A stretch of DNA of 64,000 nucleotides, taken from positions 1,328,991 through 1,392,990 of the forward strand of contig JAWQFM010000012.1 in NCBI GenBank assembly GCA_033442325.1. Direction: 5' to 3'. Made by a program: the position numbers and the translations under genes. The stretch comes from Salpingoeca rosetta (Eukaryota > Protista > Choanoflagellata). Positions 42,437 to 52,527 of this stretch are shown here, piece after piece (within the stretch, counting starts at the first letter, position 1; each line of letters opens with the position of its first letter). The notes below the pieces were generated by a model that worked only from the letters and a program-made list of their open reading frames with translations, was not told the origin of the DNA and made no database searches.

Positions 42437-42783
42437 TGTCGCTGCTTTTTCCATTGCTGCTGTTTCTTGTGTACCGCCGCTTCCTTGTTCCCGCCTTGTT
42501 GTTTCCCGCCTTGTTGTTTCCGTTTGCCCCCTGCGCTCGTTGTTTGTTTCAGGGGTTGTTGCTGCTCTTACTTTCGTTGAGCCTGAAAAGCTCGCCCATT
42601 TCGTTGCTTCCTCGTTTCGCCATTTCCGTTGTTTGCGCAGTTTTGCATCCGTGTTGCTCACTCACTTGCGTGTTTCCCTCTTGCCTGACATGTTCATGTC
42701 ACCCTCGTGTTTCTTGCTTTGAGCTGGATGAATGAAACCTCCCGTACGTGAGGTCAGCAAAGCAGAGAGAGAGAGAGAGAGAG

Positions 42784-42818
<35 letters not shown>

Positions 42819-42919
42819 ATGCAGGTTTATTGGGGAAAACTCGCTGAAATCTTACACTGTTCCCGGCGCTCAAAGATGGGGAAGGCAATTGCGGCAAAAC
42901 AAAGGGCAGCGGTGCGCAT

Positions 42920-43034
<115 letters not shown>

Positions 43035-43169
43035 TTTTTAAATGACACTGGCCTATTAATATTTAAAACAAGCTTACTCTGTCTGACAACACCCGCGAGT
43101 GAGCATGCACACAAATCACACTCGGTCGCTCCTCAAACACACACACACACAAACACACACAAACACACA

Positions 43170-43211
<42 letters not shown>

Positions 43212-43495
43212 TGCACAGGACGAGACCAAGTAAAAGTCACCTTATGCTACGTGTCGAACACACACTCAAGCATAGAAACACGCGCGCACGCAAACAAATG
43301 CTTGCGTCCCGCCAACAGCGGCAACGCCGTCGGTGTACACCCGGGGGTTGTTTCTAAGCTGTTAGTTCCCTGAATTAATCAAGGGCGACTAGACAAGGCC
43401 ATCGATAATTATCCGAACAATACCTCACAAGCACACGAAATTAATAAACCTGGCTGCACAAAAAACAAAAACACACACGAACACTTCTTCATCTT

Positions 43496-43850
43496 TGTTG
43501 CTGCTATTCCTGATGTGTGTGTGTGCTGTGTGTGCTGTGTGTGTGCTGTGTGTGCTGTGTGCTGTGTAGGAGATTGCCTTGGCAAGTTACTTGAGTTGTG
43601 AAGCAAGGAGGGATGTCGACAACGCAAAGTGGTGACGTGGTAGTGTTTGTTGAGAGTTGTGTGGTTATGTGGTGTGTTATGCAAGAGCATGTAACATCGA
43701 GCAACCACACAAGCTAAACACTGCACGTGCAACAGGTTGGAGAGAAATCACGTGAACATTCCAGAACACAAGAGAGGTGAATGCAAATTTGTGGTGTCGT
43801 GAAGAAGGGAGGTCAATGATGACTCAGCAGACAGGACTTGCCTGTCAACA
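43496..43850 (-). repeat. Copia 3' LTR (left boundary approximate)
   Basis: The minus strand starts TGTTGACAGG right after the PPT. Near-identical over ~240 bp to the LTR at 47078-47876, but diverges at the U5 end. Confidence 0.8.
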
Positions 43851-43860
43851 CTCCCCCGCA
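43851..43860 (-). promoter_or_regulatory. Polypurine tract
   Basis: Minus strand TGCGGGGGAG directly precedes TGTTG; the same 10-mer precedes the LTR at 50185. Confidence 0.8.
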
Positions 43861-44072
43861 TTGACCTACCTCTCTGCTGCGTTGATGTTCTGAAACGTGA
43901 TGAGCATGTGGATGATGTCATGCATGTAGGAATGGCATGGGCAGATGTAGGTGAGATGTGAGTAAGGACGTGTGTTGTGGAACACGTTTAAGAAAATGGT
44001 TGGTGCCTGTGGTGCGCAGCCTGTTGTGGAAGGCTGGCCCGAGTGAAGGCGTGTCCTGTGGTGCGCGGCCAC

Positions 44073-47000
44073 TCAGAGGTCCTGACGCGGAGTCGAAGGA
44101 CGTGGCGACCGGCCCGAATGAGGACGGGCCCGTGGCTGGCAGCCTGGCAGAGGACGCTGGTCGAACAGCATCGTGCAGAACTGAGCCGTCTTGGGCCGAG
44201 GGAGGATCTTCGTGAGGAGATCTGCGATCATGTGCTCCGTGGCGAGGTAGCTCAGCACAATCCTCTTGGTGTCGACGCACTCGCGGATGTAGTGGTACTT
44301 GACGAGGATGTGCCGCATGCGCGAGGCGGCGTGTTCGGCAACGCGCTGCGCCGGCTGGTTGTCCGTGTGGACGAGCGTGGGCTCGCACAGGACGGCGCCG
44401 GTGAGCTCCTCCTGGAGTTGGCGAAGGAACATGAGTTCCTGTGCGGTGGCTGCGAGAGCCATGTACTCCGCGTCGGCGGAGGCTGTGGCCACGGTGGCCT
44501 GCAGCTTGGAGTTCCAGGACACGGGGCCCGTGGAACAGAAGACGACGAAGCCCGTGCGGGAACGTCGCGTGTCAACGTCGGAGGCGAAGGACGCATCCGA
44601 GTACGCTGAGAGCACGCCGTCGGCAGTGCTGCCGTTGCTGGTGTCGCCAGTGGCGGCGTACTTGATGGTGTAGGACAAGGTGCCCTTGATGTAGCGAAGA
44701 AGGTGCTTGGCAGCCTTCCAGTGGTCCATGCCGAAGTGCTGCATACGGCGAGACAGGATGGAGACAGCCGCCGAGATGTCTGGGCGCGTCATCGTCGCAG
44801 CATAGAGGAGGGAGCCAAGCAGCTCGCGGAACGGCACGTCCGGGAGTGGCTCCTCCTTGTCGGCTGGCTTGTCGACGTAGCCCGTGCAGAGCGGCGTGCC
44901 GACAGGCTTGCAGTCAGCCATGCCGAAGGTCTCCAGCACGCTGCGCAGGTAGTGCTCCTGGCTCATGGTGACGGTCCTGGCCTTGCGGTCGTGCTGCACC
45001 TTGATGCCGAGACATATGTCTGGGCTGCCCAGGTCCTTCATCTTGAAGCGCTTGGAGATGGCCTTCTTGAACGCGGCCATGTCGCTGTCGCTGTCGGCGA
45101 AGATGAGCAGGTCGTCCACGTAGACGGCAACCCACATCATCTTGCCACCCTTGCAGGTGCGGCGGTAGATGCAGGCGTCCGTGGCTGTGGCGACGAAGTC
45201 CTGCTCGCGCATCCAGGCGTCCAGCGTGTGGTTCCACAGACGCGGGCTCTGCTTCAGGCCATACAGCCCGCGCTTGAGGCGCAGGACCGTATTCGGCGAG
45301 AAGATGCCGTCGACGGCCGGTGGCTGGACGTAGATCTCGTGATCCACGGGCGCGTTGAGGAACGCCGTGTTGACGTCCATCTGCTGGATGTCCATGCCAC
45401 GCGCGACGGCCATGGCGAGCATGGTGCGGATGGCTGCGATGGTAGCCGTCGGAGCAAAGGTGTCCGTGTAGTTGACACCGTGGACCTGGGAGTAGCCCTT
45501 GGCAACCCAGCGCGCCTTGTACTTAATCACCTTGCCCTGGCCATCGCGCTTCCTCCGAAAGATGACCATGCTGCGGAGCAGCTTGTGGCCCTTGGGAAGG
45601 TCAGCGCGAGGCACGACGTCATAGACGTCATTGGCCTGCATTGCCGCAAACTCGTCCAGGATGGCTTGGCGCCACTCCTCAGAGTCTGGCGAGGCAAGCG
45701 CCTCCTTGACGGTGGCTGGCTCAGCTGACGTGGCAAAACTGCCAGCAGCGATGTCTGATAGATGACCACCCACTGCTGATGTCTTCTCCCCCGTACCAGC
45801 AGCGCTGGTGGCAACGTGACACGTGGTGGTTGAGCCACCAGAGGTGTCCTTGTCGCCGAGGGTCTCGGACACCAGCAGCTGGTCCCAGACGGAGCCGCCA
45901 AGGGCGCGTGGCTGGAGCTGCGGCTCCCCCGCACGTGGTGCAGTGGGAGCGCCGGTGGCACTTTCCTCGGTTGAACGCTGAGCGGTCTTGTTGGCATGCG
46001 AAGCAGAGGCACCGCTGTTCTGCTCTTGCTGCTGCTGAGAGGAGGCGGCGTGCTTGTTCTTGATGGCGCCGAAGCGAGCGTGGATGGTGTGGACAACGCG
46101 TCGCGTGTCCGGCATCCAGACGACGTGGGCCTGGTCCTCCTCGGCGAAGCCGACGTAGACGCCAACGCGTGAGCGTGGGTCAAGCTTGTGCCGCGTGCTG
46201 CTCTTCTCCACATGCACGTAGGCCGGCGAGCCGAAGACGCGCAGCAGGCTGACGTCGAAGGGGTGCCCAGTCAGGGCCTCGAACGGTGACTTGTCCTTGA
46301 GGCTCCTGCGTGGCGCGACGTTGTGCAGCAGCGTGGCGTGCTGCACGGCGAAGCCCCAGAACGGCTTGTCCAGGTCCGCAGCAAACAGCATCGTACGCGC
46401 CGTCTCGAAGAGGGTGCGGAAGGTGCGCTCTGCGGATCCGTTCTTGGCCTGCGAGTGCGGTGGCGAGAAGCGCTGCTTGATGTCGAAGGCCAGGCACAGG
46501 TCGGTGAAGTCCTGGCTCTTGAAGACGGCGTCGCTGTCCGTCTGCAGCGTGGCGCCTCGGAGCGCGTTGACGACGTGGCGGTCCTTGCGCAGCTGCTCCA
46601 GGGCCGCGCCGACGTCGTTCTTGTGCCGGATGAGGAACGTCCAGGCGAAACGCGTGCAGTCGTCGATGAAGGTCAGCGCGTAGCGTGCACCTCGCAGCGA
46701 CGTCTCCTCCAGCGGACCGGCGATGTCGGCGTAGAGCAGCTGGCATGGCCCAGCGCTGCGTGGAGCAGACTGCTTTGGGATGGAGGCGCGCGTGCTCTTG
46801 CCAAGCGCACATGGTCCACAGGTGACGATGTGCTTGGAAGAGGCCTGGGCAATCTGCTGACGGATGGCGTCGACGGCCGCGCTGCTGCGATGGCCTAGCA
46901 CGTCGTGTGCGGAGGCGCCCTCGTCAGCATCCTCGGCTTCCCCATCGCTGCTGTGCACGAGCTCCCCCGTAAGCGCCGTGGCTTGTTGGGAGGTCGTGGT

Positions 47001-47077
47001 GCTGGCGTAGAGGAAGAGATGGCCGGTGTCCTTGGACGGCAGCAGAGGCACGCTCCATGTGGCAAACTGGATACGGC
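44073..47077 (-). CDS. Copia pol (integrase, reverse transcriptase, RNase H), 5'-truncated
   Basis: Open frame of ~1000 aa with HDVLGH..CGPC HHCC finger, YADIAGP / QTDSD / NGSAER integrase core, YKARWVAKGYSQ, QMDVNTAFLN, LYGLKQ, YVDD, YSDAS, TDNQ and IADLLTK. Confidence 0.95.
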
Positions 47078-47876
47078 TGTTGCAAGTTCATGGTGGTGGT
47101 GCTGTTGTTGGAGACTTGTGTGTGTGTGTGTGTGCAGAGTGTGCTGTGTGTTGTGTGGGAGATTGTCTTGGCAAGAGAGAGTTGTGTGTGTTTACTTGAG
47201 TTGTGAAGCAAACAAGGATGTAGGATGAATGAACACTCCAACAGAAAGAAACAGAGCACAAGACAAGAATTGTCGACAACGCAAAGTGGTGACGTGGCAG
47301 TGTTTGTTGAGAGTTGTGTGGTTATGTGGTGTGTTATGCAAGAACATGTAACATCGAGCAACCACACAAGCTAAACACTGCACGTGCAACAGGTTGGAGG
47401 GAAATCACGTGAACATTCCAGAACACAAGAGAGGTGAATGCAAATTTGTGGTGTCGTGAAGAAAGGAGGTCAATGATGACTCAGCAGACAGGACTTGCCT
47501 GTGCAGAGTGTGCTGTGTGTTGTGTGGGAGATTGTCTTGGCAAGAGAGAGTTGTGTGTGTTTACTTGAGTTGTGAAGCAAACAAGGATGTAGGATGAATG
47601 AACACTCCAACAGAAAGAAACAGAGCACAAGACAAGAATTGTCGACAACGCAAAGTGGTGACGTGGCAGTGTTTGTTGAGAGTTGTGTGGTTATGTGGTG
47701 TGTTATGCAAGAACATGTAACATCGAGCAACCACACAAGCTAAACACTGCACGTGCAACAGGTTGGAGGGAAATCACGTGAACATTCCAGAACACAAGAG
47801 AGGTGAATGCAAATTTGTGGTGTCGTGAAGAAAGGAGGTCAATGATGACTCAGCAGACAGGACTTGCCTGTCAACA
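47078..47876 (-). repeat. Copia LTR with internal 369-bp tandem duplication
   Basis: 47132-47500 is repeated at 47501-47869 (identical ORF translations are offset by 369). Ends are TGTTG/CAACA. Confidence 0.9.
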
Positions 47877-48305
47877 GCGGGGACCCGAAGCACCGTGGGT
47901 GCTTGGGCTCGGCGATGAGGCAGCTGCTGGAGCCTGCCCGTCTCCTTGGTGGTCAGCACCACCCTCGGCGATGATGCCAGCGTCGATGCCAGCGGCGATG
48001 AGCTTGGCCTCGACGGTGATGAAGAAGAGGTTGGCATCCTGCTCAGCGCTAGCGAAGACCTTGATGCCGTCGGCGCTAATTGAGCTGGGTCTCATAATCT
48101 GTTGCAAGTTCATGGTGGTTGTAACGTCGCTCGCCTGTCTCTCTCTGTCTCTCCCCTCTGCCTCTCCGACTCCCTTACCCACTGCACCTTGTCCCGCTGT
48201 GTTCCCCTGTTTCCCCCCTTCTCGCCCTTCGAGGCACCGTATTGCTCTGGATGTTCTTTGTTCTCCTAATGTTCTGATGTCATGTTTAGCCTGATTGACG
48301 TCATG
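47877..48305 (-). mobile_element. 5' end of a copia element: partial 5' LTR (48100-gap), PBS (48084-48099) and gag N-terminus
   Basis: Minus strand ...ATGAACTTGCAACA-GATTATGAGACCCAGC. The reading frame MNLQQIMRPSSISADGIKVF.. is interrupted at 47877 by an LTR. Confidence 0.75.
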
Positions 48306-48728
48306 NNNNNNNNNNNNNNNNNNNNNNNNNNNNNNNNNNNNNNNNNNNNNNNNNNNNNNNNNNNNNNNNNNNNNNNNNNNNNNNNNNNNNNNNNNNNNNN
48401 NNNNNCTGGCCACGGTACTGTCATCAACTAAGATGACGGCACGACACATGCCTGCATGCTGTGTTACGTCTGTTGCCCTTGTCTCTTGTTTTCCCCCTTG
48501 ATTAACCACAAGCACCCCTCTTGTTGCCTGCTAGCACGTGTGTGTTGCCCTGCACCCTGTTGTCGCTTATCTCACGTGATTGTCTGTGCCTTGTTCAGTT
48601 CTTTGTTCCCTGGTTTACTTCGCATCAGTACACAGAAACAAAGCCACCGACACACCTCCGACCACAGTCCCGTCACACTTGGTAGCGATTGTCACACACA
48701 CACACACGTACCACGGACAAGCAGCAAC

Positions 48729-49580
48729 ATGGAGGAACAGTGGCACGAGATGATTGAGCACATGCGTGTGCTTACACAGACCATGGCGCAAGCGGCACAA
48801 CTTAACCACGCTGTGCATGAGTCTCAGCAGGGACCACAAGGACCAACGCGATCTACCGGTCGACCACGCGGGCCACCACCGCCGACCTTCTCGGGTGCAA
48901 CGGACGAACGAGCTGACGACTTCCTGTTCTGCTTGGAAACCTTCGTCAGGTACCATCGCATCGACGACGACGACCAGCGCCTGCTACTTGCCATCTCCTG
49001 CCTGCAAGGGCACGCCCTCACCTGGTACCGCAGCCTCGATCCAGCTCCGACGAACATGCATGAGCTTCAGGAGCAACTCCGCGCGAGTTTCAAGACCATC
49101 GATGAGCAACGCCAACTGCGGGACCAACTTCGTCGACTGCGCCAAGACGGCAACGTGCAGGACTACGTCTTCAAGTTCCGACAGCTGATGGTGCAGATCG
49201 ACGACATGTCACGCCTGGACCGCATTGAAGCTTTCATCCACGGACTGCGGCCGCGCACCCGCCAGGAAGTCTCCTTCCACGGACCCGACACTCTGGAGCA
49301 GGCCTACCAGCTGGCCTCACGCTACGATCGCAACTACACCACGGCCAACTCATCCTACCGCCGTGGAGCGCCCCCGACGCAGCCACCTAAGTTCGACGAC
49401 CGCGCCATGGACATCGACGCCATCCGTGCCCAGCGCCCCCTCCGCCGACTGACTGACCAAGAGCGCGACGAGCTTCGGCGCCGTGGCGCATGCTTCCGTT
49501 GCCGACGCGAAGGCCACCTCGCCGCCGACTGTCCGCTGAACGCCAGCGACCGTCGGTCGGGAAACGGCACGCGCCAGTAG
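48729..49580 (+). CDS. gag: Gypsy Gag (capsid plus CCHC nucleocapsid)
   Basis: PPTFSG, LQGHALTWY, LRQDGNVQDYVFKF, FIHGL, AMDID and CFRCRREGHLAADC. Confidence 0.92.
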   Translation: MEEQWHEMIEHMRVLTQTMAQAAQLNHAVHESQQGPQGPTRSTGRPRGPPPPTFSGATDERADDFLFCLETFVRYHRIDDDDQRLLLAISCLQGHALTWYRSLDPAPTNMHELQEQLRASFKTIDEQRQLRDQLRRLRQDGNVQDYVFKFRQLMVQIDDMSRLDRIEAFIHGLRPRTRQEVSFHGPDTLEQAYQLASRYDRNYTTANSSYRRGAPPTQPPKFDDRAMDIDAIRAQRPLRRLTDQERDELRRRGACFRCRREGHLAADCPLNASDRRSGNGTRQ

Positions 49581-49613
49581 GGCCCGCCAGCCCTACTGGC
49601 GAGACGGAGGCGG
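49559..49613 (+). promoter_or_regulatory. -1 ribosomal frameshift signal (G GGA AAC plus H-type pseudoknot)
   Basis: Heptamer 49559-49565 in the gag frame, 6-nt spacer, perfect 12-bp stem 49572-49583/49590-49601; loop CCGCC pairs with GGCGG at 49609-49613. Confidence 0.85.
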
Positions 49614-49850
49614 TGTTGCTGCAAGCCACGGATGCAGTGACAATCACAAGCACGCCTCCTTACCCTTCCGTGGAACCATCGACGGCCGGCCGGCTAGGAC
49701 CCTCATCGACCCCGGAAGCAGAATGAACGTCCTGTCCCGAGACTACGCCCTTCGCCATGGAATCGCCCGTTCAACACGCCAGTACCCAGTGGAGTTTGTC
49801 TTCGCCAATGGAACCAGGCATGTCAGCAAGGACGACACGCAGGAAGTGAC

Positions 49851-49889
49851 TGTTGTAAGTTCATGGTGATGGTGCTGTTGTTGGAGACT

Positions 49890-49920
<31 letters not shown>

Positions 49921-50293
49921 AGTGTGCTGTGTGTTGTGTGGGAGATTGTCTTGGCAAGGGGAAGTTGTGTGTGTTTACTTGAGTTGTGAAGCAAACAAGG
50001 ATGTAGGATGAATGAACATGAACTGAGAGACACTCTCACACATAGACAGAAAACTGGAGGAGAGAGAGAAGTGCCACGTGGCAAAACAACCAGAAACGCC
50101 CGTTTCTGGGCGCACGTGCACAGAAACGTTTACAGCAGAATTTGCTGACTCAGCAAGCATTGACACTGGAACAGTGATGTCAACACTCCCCCGCAGTGGC
50201 GTGCTTGCTGGTGTCGAGTCCCTCCAGTGAAGAGCTGCTGTGTGCAGTACCCGTGAAGTCCTCCATCAGTGACCTGTGGTGACTTGCAGTGAC
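49851..50293 (-). mobile_element. Second copia-family 3' LTR (49851-50185) with PPT and short internal remnant
   Basis: TGTTG..CAACA ends, U5 half shared with the 47078 LTR, different U3, PPT at 50186-50195. Inserted in the gypsy protease. Confidence 0.8.
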
Positions 50294-50511
50294 ATGCTCG
50301 ATTCAAATGTTTGGCGGCACAAAATCGTTAATTGTGCATCGAATCGAAATAGAATAAAAATTCATCCGAATCAAAAAATTGTACAAAGGCAGAACCCACA
50401 AGTGTGCAAACTGAACCGAAAACCATATCCGTGAGAAAATTGCTCAAGTGGGCCAAGACAAAGAAACGTCGCAGAACAGTTGCTGTGTGTGCGAGTTCAC
50501 CTCAACCGCAG

Positions 50512-50771
50512 ATGAGCAATCCCAAGAAAACCGCCGTTAAGCGGCCATCCTCAGTGGGGATGTCCTGGGCAGGTGATGGGTTAGTTCAGAAGCAAGTAGG
50601 CACTCGATGCGCATTGCATGCTGTGAACAACCTGCTTTCGGGCGTGGTTGCTTCGCCTGCCTCGTTTGAGAAAATCCGTCTGCGGTATTGTCGCCAGTAC
50701 CGCCGGAACGGTTGGTCGCTCGCTGGCTTGGGCAAGCCGAAGAGAGCACCAGGGAATTGGTCACTCAACAT
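50512..50771 (+). CDS. Josephin (MJD) deubiquitinase-like fragment, runs into N-gap
   Basis: QKQVGTRCALHAVNNLL matches the Josephin catalytic-Cys motif (EKQxxxLCALHALNNL), followed by GNWSLN (cf. GNYDVN). Confidence 0.65.
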
Positions 50772-51110
50772 NNNNNNNNNNNNNNNNNNNNNNNNNNNNN
50801 NNNNNNNNNNNNNNNNNNNNNNNNNNNNNNNNNNNNNNNNNNNNNNNNNNNNNNNNNNNNNNNNNNNNNNNCCGATGTGAATAAAAGTCATAATATAGAA
50901 ATGAAACCACAGTAGAGGGAGAGCGGAGGACAGACGAAAGCACAGCGAGTGGGGGGCTGAAGGTAGAGTAATTTACACATAAAAAAAAAAAACTTGGGTT
51001 GTGGGGGGGGGAACTCTCTCCCAGCGTGGCCACCATAAAAAAAAACAATAAAAAGGAAAATGAAAAAAACAAAGAAAGAGGAGAGGAACAAAAAATCCGA
51101 AAAGTAGTTG

Positions 51111-51223
51111 TAACCCTAACCCTAACCCTAACCCTAACCCTAACCCTAACCCTAACCCTAACCCTAACCCTAACCCTAACCCTAACCCTAACCCTAACCC
51201 TAACCCTAACCCTAACCCTAACC
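51111..51223 (+). repeat. Telomeric (CCCTAA)n tract, ~19 units
   Basis: Perfect TAACCC repeats; the C-rich strand on + is the orientation of a left chromosome end. Confidence 0.95.
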
Positions 51224-52527
51224 ACTACCCAATCTACCAATGCAACAACACACTCAACCTTGCTGTGCGTTCACTCTCTTTTGTATACAAGTCCTCCACA
51301 CGCCNNNNNNNNNNNNNNNNNNNNNNNNNNNNNNNNNNNNNNNNNNNNNNNNNNNNNNNNNNNNNNNNNNNNNNNNNNNNNNNNNNNNNNNNNNNNNNNN
51401 NNNNAACAGATCCTACGTGCTTACTCCAACCCAGTGTCCCGCACCGCTATATGCGCCGGAAACTCATACAAGGTGCATTATACAGCAGTTACTGCACACA
51501 TGCACTTTCAGCTTACACACACCGTTTCACCGTTACACTTGCTACTCACGTGATTCCTTTTGCACACGCACCCTACACAGCATGCTAGATGCAATGCAAA
51601 AGGAATTACATCCCTGCCGTACACCAGTCTCCCGTACAAAAGTCCACTCACCCACCCCCCAGGCTAGCACATGCCCAGCACCCACCCCCTACCACTACCC
51701 AATCTACCCCTCCAACAACACACTTAACCTTGCTGTGCGTTCACTCTCTTTTGTATACAAGTCCTCCACACGCCTCTGATCGTCTACAAACAGATCCTAC
51801 GTGCTTACTCCAAACCTGTCTCTCGCACCGCTATATGCGCCGGAAACTCATACAAGGTGCATTTCCTAGCATTTACTGCACACATGCACTTTCAGCTTAC
51901 ACACACCGTTTCACCGTTACACTTGCTAATCACGTGATTCCTTTTGCACACGTGCTCTACACAGCATGCTAGATGCAATGCAAAAGGAATTACATCCCTG
52001 CCGTACACCAGTCTCCCGTACAAAAGTCCACTCACCCACCCCCCAGGCTAGCACATGCCCAGCACCCACCCCCTACCACTACCCAATCTACCCCTCCAAC
52101 AACACACTTAACCTTGCTGTGCGTTCACTCTCTTTTGTATACAAGTCCTCCACACGCCTCTGATCGTCTACAAACAGATCCTACGTGCTTACTCCAACCC
52201 AGTGTCCCGCACCGCTATATGCGCCGGAAACTCATACAAGGTGCATTTCCTAGCATTTACTGCACACATGCACTTTCAGCTTACACACACCGTTTCACCG
52301 TTACACTTGCTAATCACGTGATTCCTTTTGCACACGCACCCTACACAGCATGCTAGATGCAATGCAAAAGGAATTACATCCCTGCCGTACACCAGTCTCC
52401 CGTACAAAAGTCCACTCACCCACCCCCCAGGCTAGCACATGCCCAGCACCCACCCCCTACCACTACCCAATCTACCAATGCAACAACACACTTAACCTTG
52501 CTGTGCGTTCACTCTCTTTTGTATACA
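51224..52527 (+). repeat. 384-bp subtelomeric tandem repeat (about 3 copies, with a gap)
   Basis: Near-identical sequence and ORF translations at 51589, 51973 and 52357. Confidence 0.93.

Larger units (their letters stand above)
43496..47876 (-). mobile_element. Ty1/copia LTR retrotransposon, rearranged (gag/protease missing)
   Basis: Related LTRs on both sides with TGTTG..CAACA ends, PPT next to the left LTR, and pol in the order integrase-RT-RNaseH. Confidence 0.92.
48406..49850 (+). mobile_element. Ty3/gypsy LTR retrotransposon 5' part (LTR end at 48677, PBS, gag, start of protease), truncated by a copia LTR
   Basis: GTCACA-CT-TGGTAGCG LTR/PBS junction, a retrotransposon gag, and the protease-like RTLIDPGSRMNVLS. 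Confidence 0.88.
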
